From: an uncultured delta proteobacterium
GTDB lineage: Bacteria; Myxococcota_A; Polyangia; Fen-1088
DNA: 64,000 nt
Direction of reading: 5' to 3'
Assembly: GCA_963767925.1 (NCBI GenBank)
Contig: CAVYGB010000008.1
Coordinates: 1,184,001 to 1,248,000 of the forward strand
Shown here piece by piece: positions 1 to 15,054 of the stretch; positions within the stretch are counted from its first letter, which is position 1, and the number at the start of each line of letters is the position of its first letter. The notes below the pieces were generated by a model, which saw only the letters and a program-made list of their open reading frames with translations, had not been told where the DNA came from and did no database searches. Position numbers and translations under genes: made by a program.

Positions 1-1
1 C

Positions 2-259
2 TTCCTCCTCTGGTTCCACGGCCTGAGCTGGCAGCGCCCGCCCGACTACCTCGTCGCCCTGGTGGACCGCCTGTGTTACCGGCCGGCGGCGGTACGCGCC
101 CTGTTCGCCACCCCGGTCCCGGATCGGGCCGAGGCGGTCCGCGTCGCCTACTACCGCTATCATTTCACCACGGTTACGGAGTGGCGCGCGACGCGACGTG
201 TGTGGGATCGAAGCCTGGAGGGCCGGACCGAAGAGGTCACCTGCGCCGGCCACCCGTGA
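2..259 (+). CDS. 3' end of a probable lipase maturation factor (LMF) family membrane protein; partial, runs off the window start
   Basis: Open frame from base 2: FLLWFHGLSWQRPPDYL...VAYYRYHFTT...W, resembling the LMF1 C-terminal 'W.F...Y.Y.FT...W' pattern. Confidence 0.55.
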   Translation, partial: FLLWFHGLSWQRPPDYLVALVDRLCYRPAAVRALFATPVPDRAEAVRVAYYRYHFTTVTEWRATRRVWDRSLEGRTEEVTCAGHP

Positions 260-402
260 GGGCACCGCGCCGGTCCGGCTGGCGAGAGCGACACCGGGGG
301 TCTGCACGAGCTGTGATAAACAGGCTGCTTCTCCGATGAGGACTCCTCCAGCAGCCGCGCGGATCGTCCCGGCGTCCGCGCAGGGTCCCGCTGGCGGACA
401 CC

Positions 403-1617
403 ATGCGTAAGGCTTCACTCGGCACGTTGTTCCTGACTGTCTTTCTCGACCTGCTCGGTTTCGGGCTGGTTGTCCCGTTCCTTCCGGGGGTGGCCCGCGA
501 TCACGGGGCGAGCGACTTCGTGGCGACCCTGCTGGCTGCCTCGTTCTCGCTGATGCAGTTCCTGTTCATCCCCCTGTGGGGGCGGCTGTCGGATCGGGTC
601 GGGCGGCGGCCGGTGCTGCTCTTCAGCATTGCCGCATCGGCAGTCGGGATGGCCATGCTGGGGTTTGCCCGCTCGCTGACCCTCCTTTTCGTGGCCCGGC
701 TGTGGAGCGGGGTGGCCACCGCCAACATCGCGGTGGCCCAGGCCTACATCGCCGACGTGACCACCCCCGACACGCGGGCCAAGGGGATGGGCATCATCGG
801 CATGGGCTTCGGGCTGGGGTTCATCGTGGGGCCCTTCGTGGGGGGCGAGCTGGGCCGCTTCGAGGTGATGGGCCAGGAGGGGACCCTGGCCGCCTTCACC
901 GCCGCCGGGCTCTCGGTGATCAATCTCGTCCTGGCGCTCGTCACCTTGCCCGAGTCGTTGCCCCGCGAGCGGCGGGGCCAGCCCGGGAGCCACCGGCGCA
1001 TCCTCGACATCCAGGCCATCCGTCAGGTCTCGCGTCTGCCCGGCATGGCGGTCGCGGTGGCGATCAGCTTCTTCGTGATCTTCTGGTTCTCGGGGCTGGA
1101 GGTGACCTTCCGGCTGTTCACCGAGGACGCCTTTGCCATGACCGTGGCCGAGACCGGTCGGGTCTTCGCCTTCGTGGGGGTGGTGGCGGTCATCGTACAG
1201 GGGGGCCTCATCCACCGCCTGTCCCGGCGCTACGGCGAGGTGAAGCTGATCCGCGCCGGGGTGGCCCTGCTGGCGGCCGGCTTCGCTCTCGACGCCCTCA
1301 GCCCCAGCTTCGGCCGCTGGCTGCTGTTCGTGGCCTCCGCCTTCGTCGCCGCCGGCAACGGCCTGTACAACCCCAGCCTGTCGAGCTACTCGTCTCGCCA
1401 GGCCAGCGCCGAGACCCAGGGGCTCACCCTCGGCGTCATCCAGTCGCTGGCCGCGCTGGCCCGGGTCCTGGGTCCCCCCGTGGGGGGGCTGGCCTACGAG
1501 CTGGTCGGCATGCGCGGCCCCTACGTCATCGGGGCCATCGGGCTGCTGGCAGTGTTCGTCCTGTCCTACCGCCTGGCGCCCGTCCGCCGGCCGGCGGTCA
1601 GCCCCGCGCCTGCTTGA
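403..1617 (+). CDS. MFS transporter, TetA/DHA1-like
   Basis: 404 aa, about 12 hydrophobic segments, motif A GRLSDRVGRRPVLL, AYIADVT, GFIVGPFVGG. Confidence 0.9.
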   Translation: MRKASLGTLFLTVFLDLLGFGLVVPFLPGVARDHGASDFVATLLAASFSLMQFLFIPLWGRLSDRVGRRPVLLFSIAASAVGMAMLGFARSLTLLFVARLWSGVATANIAVAQAYIADVTTPDTRAKGMGIIGMGFGLGFIVGPFVGGELGRFEVMGQEGTLAAFTAAGLSVINLVLALVTLPESLPRERRGQPGSHRRILDIQAIRQVSRLPGMAVAVAISFFVIFWFSGLEVTFRLFTEDAFAMTVAETGRVFAFVGVVAVIVQGGLIHRLSRRYGEVKLIRAGVALLAAGFALDALSPSFGRWLLFVASAFVAAGNGLYNPSLSSYSSRQASAETQGLTLGVIQSLAALARVLGPPVGGLAYELVGMRGPYVIGAIGLLAVFVLSYRLAPVRRPAVSPAPA

Positions 1618-2245
1618 GCACCTCGAGGTAGCGGGCCGTCCGTTCGGCGATCACGGCGGTCCGCCCCTCGCGCAGGGCCTTCAGGTCCACGAGGTCTCCG
1701 CCCACCCCCAGGGCGGCCGCCCCCGCCTGGATGAACGAGGCGGCGGTGTCGACCGAGACGCCGCCGGTGGGGACGAGCTCGATGTGGGGCAAGGGAGCCT
1801 TGATGTTCTTGATATACGAGGCGCCCCCCACCGAGCTGACCGGGAAGACCTTGACCATATCGGCTCCGGCTTTCCAGGCCGCCATGATCTCGGTGGGGGT
1901 GAGGGCCCCCGGAAGGACCGGAACGCCGGCCGCCCGGCAGAAGGCCACCGTCTCGACGTCCAGGCCGGGGCTCACGATGAAACGGGCGCCGGCGTCGATG
2001 CAGGCCTGGGCCGCCCGGGCGTCGAGCACCGTCCCGGCCCCGACAACCACCCGATCGCCGAGGCGCCGCCCGAGCTTGCCGATGACGTCGGTGGCGTCGG
2101 GAACGGTCAGCGTGATCTCGAGGACGGTGATGCCCGCCGCCACCAGGGCGTCGGAGATGGCGAGGGCCTCGTCTGCCGTCGGGGTGCGCACGACGGGGAT
2201 GAGCAGCCCCGCGCGGATCCGGGCCAGCGTTTGCGTCTTGTCCAT
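1598..2245 (-). CDS. eda: KDPG/KHG aldolase
   Basis: EITLT, VGAGTV, FIVSPG, TPTE, VKVFP, PTGGV motifs. Confidence 0.95.
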   Translation of the reverse strand: MDKTQTLARIRAGLLIPVVRTPTADEALAISDALVAAGITVLEITLTVPDATDVIGKLGRRLGDRVVVGAGTVLDARAAQACIDAGARFIVSPGLDVETVAFCRAAGVPVLPGALTPTEIMAAWKAGADMVKVFPVSSVGGASYIKNIKAPLPHIELVPTGGVSVDTAASFIQAGAAALGVGGDLVDLKALREGRTAVIAERTARYLEVLKQARG

Positions 2246-2257
2246 GGTTGACCTCGC

Positions 2258-3364
2258 TCAGCGCGACACGCGCGCGCTGCCTCCCTTCATGACCTTCAGG
2301 ACCTCGTCCAGGGTAGCCATGCTCGTGTCGCCGGGGGTGGTCATCGCCAGCGCGCCGTGGGCGGCGCCGCAGTCGACGGCGAACTGGGCGCCCCGCCCCG
2401 ACAGAAAGCCGTAGATGAGGCCGGAGGCGAAGGAGTCTCCGCCGCCCACCCGGTCGTGGATCTCGAGGTCCTCGCGGAGGGAGGCCAAGAAGAAGTCGTC
2501 CCCGAACGAGCAGATGGCCCCCCAGTCGTTCCGGGTGGCGGTCTTGGCGTTGCGCAGGGTGGTCGCCACCACCTGGAAGTTCGCGTACTGCGACCGGGCG
2601 AGCTGGATCATCTTCTTGAAGTTGGTGGGGTCGAGGGCGGCGAAGTTCTCGTCGACCCCCTCGACGTGCAGACCCAGGCAGGCCGTGAAGTCCTCCTCGT
2701 TGCCGAGCATGACGTCGACGTAGCTGGCCAGCTTCTGGTTGACCTCCTTGGCCTTGGCCGCCCCACCCACGCCCTTCCAGAGCGAGTCGCGGTAGTTGAG
2801 GTCGTAAGAGACGATGGTGCCGTGGCGCTTGGCGGCCTGCATGGCCTCCTGGGCCACCGCCGGGGTGGTCTCGGAGAGGGCGGCGAAGATGCCGCCGGTG
2901 TGGAACCAGCGTACGCCCTCCTGCCCGAACAGCTTCTCCCAGTCGATATCCCCGGGCTTGAGCTGCGAGGCCGCGGTGTGGCCCCGGTCGGAGCAGCCGA
3001 CGGCGGCCCGCACCCCGAAGCCCCGCTCGGTGAAGTTGAGGCCGTTGCGAACGGTGCGACCGACGCCGTCGTATTTCATCCAGCGGACGTAGCGCTGATC
3101 GACGCCCCCCTGATAGATGAGGTCCTGGATCAGGCGCCCCACCGGGTTGTCGGCGAAGGCCGTCACCACCGCGGTGTCGAGGCCGAAGCAGCGCCGCAGA
3201 CCCCGGGCGACGTTGTATTCACCGCCGCCCTCCCAGGCCTGGAAGGTGCGGGTGGTGGCGACCCGTCCGTCGCCGGGATCCAGGCGCAACATGACTTCGC
3301 CGAGGGAGACGAGGTCCCACTGGCAGCGATCTTTGGGCTTGATTGCGAGCTGAGCGGTTGCCAT
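2258..3364 (-). CDS. kdgK: 2-keto-3-deoxygluconate kinase (PfkB family)
   Basis: GEVMLRL, GGGEYNVA, SYDLNYR, DRVGGGDSF; directly upstream of eda; start at ATG 3364 (MATAQL). Confidence 0.9.
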   Translation of the reverse strand: MATAQLAIKPKDRCQWDLVSLGEVMLRLDPGDGRVATTRTFQAWEGGGEYNVARGLRRCFGLDTAVVTAFADNPVGRLIQDLIYQGGVDQRYVRWMKYDGVGRTVRNGLNFTERGFGVRAAVGCSDRGHTAASQLKPGDIDWEKLFGQEGVRWFHTGGIFAALSETTPAVAQEAMQAAKRHGTIVSYDLNYRDSLWKGVGGAAKAKEVNQKLASYVDVMLGNEEDFTACLGLHVEGVDENFAALDPTNFKKMIQLARSQYANFQVVATTLRNAKTATRNDWGAICSFGDDFFLASLREDLEIHDRVGGGDSFASGLIYGFLSGRGAQFAVDCGAAHGALAMTTPGDTSMATLDEVLKVMKGGSARVSR

Positions 3365-3419
3365 GCAGGGGCGGACAATACAAGATCCGCCGCCGGGCGG
3401 GCCCCGAAAAGCTCTCCGT

Positions 3420-3755
3420 TCAGGGCTTGGAAGGCCGCAGCTTGATCTCGCTGCTGGTGGCCTCTGACGTAACGGTTCCGTCGTCGTTGGGCCGGAACCG
3501 GATCTCCGCCTTGACCTCGACCACCATCTTCGAGAGCGCCTTGCGCAGCTCCGTGTCGAGCTCGAGGTGATCGAGCCAGCCTCGGATCTCGGATGTCGCG
3601 ATGCGGACGAAGTCCTCCTTGGACCGACCCGCGGCCTCCATCCCTGCCGCCACGGCGCGCCGAACGAACTCGGAGATCCCGCCCTCGCGCGCAGCCCCTT
3701 CGCCCGGCGCCTCCCCGGCCGGGGGCGCCCCGTCCTTGGCCGATTCGTCACCCAT
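3420..3755 (-). CDS. Small conserved-looking hypothetical protein (111 aa, helical, weakly phasin-like)
   Basis: C-terminal part of ORF 3420..5219 from ATG 3755 (MGDESAK...EFVRRAVAAG...VEVKAEIRF); GC3-rich codon usage. Confidence 0.65.
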   Translation of the reverse strand: MGDESAKDGAPPAGEAPGEGAAREGGISEFVRRAVAAGMEAAGRSKEDFVRIATSEIRGWLDHLELDTELRKALSKMVVEVKAEIRFRPNDDGTVTSEATSSEIKLRPSKP

Positions 3756-3863
3756 GGCTTTCACATTAGCACCGCCGAAGTGCCGGATCCGCGACGTCTC
3801 GAGCGGGCCGCGGCCCATCCCGCGGTGCGGCCGCCGCCGCCCGGTTTCGGCTATGCTGACCCG

Positions 3864-5696
3864 GTGCCTGTGGCGCGGGAGAAGACCGACGACCCGAGCC
3901 CCGACGTGCTGGTCCCCCCGGCCCCGGTGCCCGAGGGGGAACCTGCGCCCCGGCGCCTGACCCCGGCCGGGCCGGAGCAGGCCGGAGTCCGGGTCTCCGG
4001 GACCAGCCACACCTGGCGACGCCTCTTCCGGGCCTATGCCACCACCGTCCAGATCGCGGCGTCCTACCTGTGGCTGGCGTTGCAGCGCCGGTTTCGCCTG
4101 CCCGAGCGGATGGAGGCGCTGACCACCGCCGCCCACCGGCGCAATGCCCGGCGGGCCCGGACGGCCATCGTCGACCTGCAGGGTCTTTTCATCAAGGTGG
4201 GACAGCTCATCAGCATCATGGCGAACTTCCTGCCCGAAGCCTTCCGGCGCGAGCTGGAGGGCCTGCAGGACCAGGTGCCGCCCCGGCCCTACCAGGACAT
4301 CGAGGCGCGGCTGCGCGAGGAGTTCGGAGGGCGCACGCCCGGCCAGGTCTTCGCTGAGTTCGACCCCGACCCGATCGCCTCCGCCTCGATCGGGCAGGTC
4401 CACGTGGCCCGACTGCGCAACGGGGAGAAGGTGGCGGTCAAGGTCCAGTACCCCGACATCGAGGAGATCGTCCGCACCGACCTGCGGGCCCTCCGCCGCA
4501 TCTTCGGGCTGCTCGGGCACTTCATGCCCGAGTGGGGCTTCGACACCATCTACCGCGAGATCCGGGAGATGGTGCTGGCGGAGCTGGATTACCGGGCCGA
4601 GGCGGAGGCCCTGCGCCAGATCGGGCTCAACTTCAAGGGGCGCAGCGACGTGCTGCTGCCCCGGGTGATCGCCGAGTTCTCGACGGCCCGGGTGCTCACC
4701 ACCGAGTGGATGGACGGCACCAAGATCGCCGACCTGCCGCGGCTGGCCGCGGAGGCCATCGACCAGCGGCGGGCGGCCCGCCTGGTGGTCGAGGCCTACT
4801 GCCAGCAGATCTTCATCGACGGCATCTATCACGCCGATCCCCACCCCGGGAACCTGCTGCTGCGCCCGGGCGCCCGCCCCGGGGACGGGCCGACTCTGGT
4901 CTTCCTCGACTTCGGCGCCACCGCCGAGGTGTCGCAGACCATGCGCAAGGGCATGGTCTCCTTCCTTCAGGGGGCCATCACCCGCGACACCGCCCGTATC
5001 GTCTCGGCCATGAAGGACATGGGCTTCATCTCCCGGCGGGCCAATCCCGAGGTGTTCGACCGGGTGGTGGCCTACTTCCACGATCGGCTCCGCTCGCAGC
5101 TCCGGGTGGAGGGCTTCTCGCTCAAGGACATCCGCTTCGAGCCGGAGGCCAAGCTGGCGAGCCTGCTCGACCTGCGTGAGCTGAACGTTTCGCTGTCCGA
5201 CCTGCGCGACTCCTTTCACGTCCCCAAGGAGTGGGTGCTGCTGGAGCGGACGCTGCTGCTGCTGCTGGGCGTGTGCACCACCCTCGATCCGGAGATGAAC
5301 CCGCTCGAGTCGATCCAGCCCTACGTCGAGAAGTTCATGCTCGGCGAGAAGAAGCAGTGGTCGGAGGCCTTCGTGGAGGCCTCACGCGAGGCGGCCTTCT
5401 CCGCGCTGACCTTGCCGGCGGAACTGGGGCGCTTCCTGGCCACCTCGGCCCGGGGCGATCTGGCGATCCGTCCGTCGGGGCTCGACGAGGGGGTGCGCGC
5501 CCTGTACGCGGTCTTCCAGCAGCTGCTCTGGGGCGGCCTGGGCGCCACCGCGGCCATCCTCGCGGTCATCTTCGATGGCCGGGGTCAGACCACCGCCCGA
5601 GGCTTCGCCATCGCCGCCGGCGCCCTCTGCGCGGTCTTGCTTTTTGCATGTCTGCTGAAGGGTGGGCGCGCAACCCGCACCCGATCCCGACGCTGA
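3864..5696 (+). CDS. ABC1/UbiB/AarF family atypical kinase; start uncertain (GTG 3864 or 3870)
   Basis: IKVGQ, LQDQVPP, PIASASIGQVH, VAVKVQYP, ELDY, HADPHPGN, LDFG; two C-terminal TM helices. Confidence 0.92.
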   Translation: MPVAREKTDDPSPDVLVPPAPVPEGEPAPRRLTPAGPEQAGVRVSGTSHTWRRLFRAYATTVQIAASYLWLALQRRFRLPERMEALTTAAHRRNARRARTAIVDLQGLFIKVGQLISIMANFLPEAFRRELEGLQDQVPPRPYQDIEARLREEFGGRTPGQVFAEFDPDPIASASIGQVHVARLRNGEKVAVKVQYPDIEEIVRTDLRALRRIFGLLGHFMPEWGFDTIYREIREMVLAELDYRAEAEALRQIGLNFKGRSDVLLPRVIAEFSTARVLTTEWMDGTKIADLPRLAAEAIDQRRAARLVVEAYCQQIFIDGIYHADPHPGNLLLRPGARPGDGPTLVFLDFGATAEVSQTMRKGMVSFLQGAITRDTARIVSAMKDMGFISRRANPEVFDRVVAYFHDRLRSQLRVEGFSLKDIRFEPEAKLASLLDLRELNVSLSDLRDSFHVPKEWVLLERTLLLLLGVCTTLDPEMNPLESIQPYVEKFMLGEKKQWSEAFVEASREAAFSALTLPAELGRFLATSARGDLAIRPSGLDEGVRALYAVFQQLLWGGLGATAAILAVIFDGRGQTTARGFAIAAGALCAVLLFACLLKGGRATRTRSRR

Positions 5697-5748
5697 TCCT
5701 CTTGCCGGCAGCCCCCCGGGAGCCTACACTGCGCCGACGCGTGAACCG

Positions 5749-6861
5749 ATGGCGCGTGAATCCACGTCCAGTACCCGCGGCTCCGGCACCCGAGAGCCTA
5801 CTCGCACACCTGTAGCGACGCCGAGCGTTGGCATCTACGACGCCTTCACGGTGGGCGATCTCACCGCGATCCGGAACCTGCTCCGCGGCGGTTCGGTGAT
5901 CGACTGGCACCGCGTGTATTTCACTGACCGCGCCGAGGTCGACCGTTTCCTGCGCGTGAACGAGTTCGATCCGGAGAGTGACGCCGACATGGGCCGGCTG
6001 GACAGCCTGCGCCAGGAGGCGGTCGAATATCTCGAGCGACACCTCGACGTACATATCCCCGAGGAGGTCGCCGACGGAATCCCGGCTCGCGATCTCTTCC
6101 TCGTCGCCTCCCAGAAGGGCAAGCGGCGCACACCGGCCTGCATCGTCCTCAAGGTCATGCACGTGCTCAACCACCTCGGCGGACGGGAGCTGCTCACCCG
6201 CCTGCCGGTGAGCTCGGACCAGATCTTCCACCTCGTGGAGGAGAAGGTCCTGCGTACGGTGGAGGAGATGAAAGAGGCGGGGCTGGGCGTGATCGAGTTC
6301 GAATGGAGCCGCAAACATGCCGACAGCCTGATTACCAAGCTCCTCGCCAAGAAGGAGAACATCGCGGCCGATGTTTACGATCGGCTGCGTTTCCGGATGG
6401 TCACCAATTCCGAACACCAGCTCATGCTGGTATTGCGCGAGGTCACGCAACGGCTGGTCCCCTTCAACTACGTCGTTCCCGGGCAATCCCAGAACGGGAT
6501 CATCCAGCTGCGGGAGGTGGTCGAGTCGTCGCCCGCGCTGGCCCCCTTCCTCCCGGATCTGCTCGATCTCTCGAACGTCGCCGCGGACAAGGGACCGGCG
6601 CCCTCCAACGAGTTTTCCGGACCGAGCTACCGGGTGATCAACTTCGTCGCCGACCTGCCGGTCCGCATCGATCGGTACCTGGGGCGGCCCGCCGACGACC
6701 CGTTGTTCTCCGAGACCGGGGCGGTGGTCTTCGTCCTGACGGAGTTCCAGATCATTGACGCGCGGACCGCCGACGACAACGAAAACGGCGAGAACAGCCA
6801 CAATCGCTACAAGGAACGCCAGCTCAACCGGGTGCGGACCCGGCTGATGCACGGGTCCTGA
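5749..6861 (+). CDS. TIGR04552-like myxobacterial protein with RelA/SpoT synthetase-like motifs
   Basis: LRGGSVIDWHR, SRKHADSLITKLL, DVYDRLRFRMV, PFNYVVPGQSQN, NEFSGPSYRVINFVADLPVR, EFQI, SHNRYKERQ. Confidence 0.8.
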   Translation: MARESTSSTRGSGTREPTRTPVATPSVGIYDAFTVGDLTAIRNLLRGGSVIDWHRVYFTDRAEVDRFLRVNEFDPESDADMGRLDSLRQEAVEYLERHLDVHIPEEVADGIPARDLFLVASQKGKRRTPACIVLKVMHVLNHLGGRELLTRLPVSSDQIFHLVEEKVLRTVEEMKEAGLGVIEFEWSRKHADSLITKLLAKKENIAADVYDRLRFRMVTNSEHQLMLVLREVTQRLVPFNYVVPGQSQNGIIQLREVVESSPALAPFLPDLLDLSNVAADKGPAPSNEFSGPSYRVINFVADLPVRIDRYLGRPADDPLFSETGAVVFVLTEFQIIDARTADDNENGENSHNRYKERQLNRVRTRLMHGS

Positions 6862-7226
6862 CGGCTCCGGGCGCGCGACGTCGACGCACCCCCCCGCTCG
6901 CGGCGAGCGCGAGCCTCGTCCGCGAGCCATGCCTCGCGCCCGCCCGGTGGCCGCTTGGCGCTCGCAGCGTCGCCCGAGCAAGTCGCCAAAACAGCGGCGA
7001 CGGCGAGGCGCTTTTGGTGGTAAAAGTTGGGTAGCCCGCATGGAGATCCACGACCCATGTTGAAACCGTCGGGAGCTGGTCTGGGAGGCGGGAGGTGCTG
7101 GGCAAAAGGGCGTCCAACGGGTCCGAAGTTCGGGCACGCGAGCGAGTCGCCGAGTCAAATAGACCAGCCGCCGCGCGGGCTTTGCCGGTGGCGACGCCAC
7201 ATGATATCTGCTACGTTGCCGCGCGT

Positions 7227-10019
7227 ATGCTACAAGGGCCTACAGCCGTGTCAGGATCGGGGGGGTTTCCTCGAGCCTTCGGCTCTGTAGTCCTGCTGAG
7301 GCCTCTGTCCCGCGATCCGCGGACGGAGGTGTTCTTGGCGCTTCGTGCCGAGGGCGCGGATCGCCTTTGCGTCGTCACGTTCCTCGGGTCGTCGCTGGTG
7401 TCGAGCGGGCGGGTCGTCGATGCTCTGCGCGCCCAGGCGACCTGGCTGGTTGGGCGCGTCCACGGGAACCTCGTCCAGATCTACGACGTCGGACAATCGG
7501 GCGAGCAGCTCTTCTTCGTCAGTGAATATGTCGAGGGCGCCGACGTGGCCGCCCTGCTCGGTCGCGCCGGCGCGCTGAGCGTGGGCATGGCCCTGCACCT
7601 GGCCCTCGAATTCGGCGAGGCGCTCTCGTTCGTCCGCGGCCAGGAGGAGGCCGCCACCGGCGTGCGGACCCAGGTAGCCGGCCTCTCGGCGGCCTCGCTG
7701 ATGCTCGCCCGCGACGGGAAGGTCAAGCTCCTGCACCCCGGCTCCGGTCTCTCGGCGGCCCTGGAGACACTCCCGGGTCGGGGCCCCGGGGTGGCCTCCC
7801 TGGTGCCACCCGAGGACCTGGCCGGCGCCTCTCCGGCGGGAGACGTCTACGCGGTCGGCGCCCTGCTCTGGCAGATGTTGACCGGGCGACCGCTGGGCGG
7901 ATCGGACGCCGCCGCCCACCTGACCGAGCTGCGCGCGGGCCGTTTTTCGCCCCGTTCTCCTGCCTCCGTGACCGGAGCGCAGCGGGAGATCCCCGAGGAG
8001 CTCACCCGCCTCGTGCTGGCGGCGCTCTCCCCCTCCCCGGAGGCCCGGCCGGCCACCCAGACCTTCCGCACCGAGCTCGCCGCGGTGATGCGGACCCTGT
8101 CCGACGGGGACGAGCGGGCAGTTCGCCGTCTGGTTGTCGACACCTTCAGCGCCGAGCTGGCGGCGGACGCCACCGAGCTGGCGCGCCTGACCGCGGCCGC
8201 CTCGCGGCCCGTCGAGACCGGGCCCCAGCCTCCCGCCCTCACCCTCACAAACATCTCGGGGGTTCGCCGCCGCCGCCCGGCGGAGACCGAGCTGGTCCCC
8301 GGTCAGGCCATCGCCGGCACCCGCTACCGCGCCCTCGAGAAGCTGGGCGAGGGGGGCATGGGCGCGGTCTACCTGGCCGAACACGTGGACATCGAGCGGA
8401 AGGTGGCGCTCAAGCTCCTGCACAGCGACCTGGTTCAGAACCCGCTGGTGCTCCGCCAGTTCCGGCAGGAGGCGCGGGCGGCTTCCCGGATCGGCAACCC
8501 CTACATCTGCGACGTGACCGACTGGGGCGAGGTCGAGGACGGCCGCGTCTTCTTCGTCATGGAATACCTCGACGGCGCCTCGCTCGGCACCGTGCTCAAG
8601 GAAGAGCGCCGGTTCACGCCCGCCCGGATGATCCCCATCGTCCGGCAGGTGGCCAAGGCCCTCGGCGCCGCCCACGAAAAGGGGATCGTCCACCTCGACG
8701 TCAAGCCCGACAACGTCATCCTCATCGAGAAGGACAGCCGGCAAGACTCGGTCAAGGTCGTGGATTTCGGCATCGCCGGCCTGCTGGGGCAAGGGTCGTC
8801 GGGGGGCAAGGTGATGGGGACGCCCGAATACATGGCGCCCGAGCGGGCCCAGGGCCTCGGGTACGACCACCGCAGCGACATCTATTCGCTCGGCGTGATG
8901 GCCTACGAGATGCTCGTGGGGGAGGTCCCCTTGCAGGGCAGCGCCGCCGTCGAGACCCTCGCCATGCAGGTCGACGAGCAGCCGGACCGGATCAACGAGC
9001 GGCTCACCGAGCCCATCCCCGAGAAGATCGAAGCGCTCATCATGCGCATGCTCGAGAAGGACGCCAGCCGCCGGCCCCAGAACATGGCCGAGGTGGAGGC
9101 GCGTCTCATCGAGGCCCAGCTCGAGGCCCGCATCCAGACCCTGTGGGACGAGGAGCTCACCCTGCCGCCGATGGATCCGGACCGGGCGGCTCGCATCGCC
9201 CGCCGGCTCTCGCCCGAGCCACGCAGCGCCCGTCTATACCTGGCGGTGGCCTCCAGCGTGGCGGCCCTCAGCGTGACCCTCGCGATCTTCTTCGCGACCC
9301 GGGACTCCGAATCGAGCGCGGACGCGCGCCCGGGCCTGCTCGAGCGGGCCCAGATCGTCTCTCCCCCCGCCGCCGCCGCCGCGCCCCGCAGCGAGCCGGC
9401 TCCCCTGGCGGTCGAGAGTCCCACCCCCCTGCCGGCGCCCACCCCGATTCCGCCGCCCGCCCCCGCCGAGGCCCCCCCGCCCGAGCCGACGGCGCCGGTC
9501 GTGGTGGCCCCCACCACCACCCCGCCGGCCGCCCGCTTCGCCACCGACGCCCGCAGCCGGATCCGGCGGGCCTTGCCGCCCCCGCCCCAGACCCAGCCGG
9601 CGCCGACCCTGCCGCCGCAACCACCGGCGGTGGTCCGCGATCCCGGCCGGGCGCGCGTCCACATCAACCGGGGGACGGCGGCGCTGACCGCCGGGCGGGT
9701 GACCCAGGCGGAGAACGAGTTCACGTCGGCGGTGAGCTTCGATCCTCACAACCCGGAGGCGTTCGTGGGGCTGGCCGACGCCCAGTTCGAGAACGCCAAC
9801 TACAAGGCCGCGCTGGCCTCGGCCCGCCGGGCGATCCGATTGAAGTACGCTGGCTTCAAACCCTACGTGCTGGCCGGACACGCCCACATGAAGCGGGGCG
9901 AGTTTCGCCAGGCGGTCGAGGCGTACACCGACGCCGCCCGCATCGCGCCCTACGATTCGTCGATCCAGGAGTACATCGTCAAGGCGCGGGGCAAGCTCGG
10001 CAGCTCCGAGGGCGGCGTC

Positions 10020-10037
<18 letters not shown>
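7227..10037 (+). CDS. Membrane Ser/Thr protein kinase: degenerate kinase domain + intact Hanks kinase + TM + Pro-rich linker + TPRs; start uncertain (7095 or 7227)
   Basis: Second domain has GEGGMG, VALK, HLDVKPDN, DFG, GTPEYMAPE, DIYSLG; first domain keeps HGNLVQIYDVG and DVYAVG but lacks the catalytic motifs. Confidence 0.9.
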
Positions 10038-14317
<4,280 letters not shown>

Positions 14318-14321
14318 CCGT

Positions 14322-14979
14322 TCAGGTGGCCAATTTACCCGATTTCTCGCCGCTGCCAAGCAGCCGCAACACGAGGGCGTGCAGGAAATAGATGAGGGGG
14401 GTGAGGGCGACCGCGATCAGGATCTTCAGAGTGTAGGAGTCACGCACCACGCCGAGGATGAAGGCGACCGGCTTGCGCCCTCCCAGCAGGACCGCGTTGA
14501 CCACGACGGTGTCCAGGAGCTGGCTGGCCAGGGTCGAGCCGGTGGCGCGCAGCCACAACATGCGGTGTCGGGTCAGCCGCCGGAACAGCCCGAAGAGGGT
14601 GATGTCCAGCAGCTGTCCGAGCAGATACGCCGTGAGCGACGCGACGTAGAGTCGGGTCGACCAGCCGAACACCGTATCGAACGCGGATCCGGCCAGGGGA
14701 GATTCGGGGCTGACGGGCAGGGCTATGGCCATCTGGATGACCGTGAAGGCGAAGACCGCCGCGCCCAGGCCCAGATAGGTCACCCGCCGGGCCCCCACCG
14801 GGCCGTAGAACTCGTTCAGCACGTCGGTCAGCACGAAGGTGAGGGGGAAGGCCAGCATCCCGACCGACAGATCGATCGCCGCCGACCCGGAAGAACTTTC
14901 CGCCGATCAGATCGGCGGTGAGCAGGGCGGCGACGAACAGCGTCGCCAGCCAGAGGTAGAGCTGCTGCTTGCGGTCCAT
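14322..14979 (-). CDS. Queuosine precursor transporter (VUT/YhhQ family); one apparent frameshift near 14880
   Basis: MDRKQQLYLWLATLFV...; FPLTFVLTDVLNEFYG, ASLTAYLLGQLLDI, LWLRATGSTLASQLLDT. Confidence 0.88.
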
Positions 14980-15054
14980 GCCTGCCTCGGGGGCTCGACC
15001 GGCGACCGGCCCGGGCGGGGGCGGCGCCAGCCCGCTACCGGCGACGCGCGCCCT

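Noticed and set aside
6862..7226. sRNA or riboswitch between the TIGR04552-like gene and the kinase
   Set aside because: Only short imperfect hairpins (e.g. GCCAAAA/TTTTGGT) and no recognisable motif; part of it may be the kinase N-terminus
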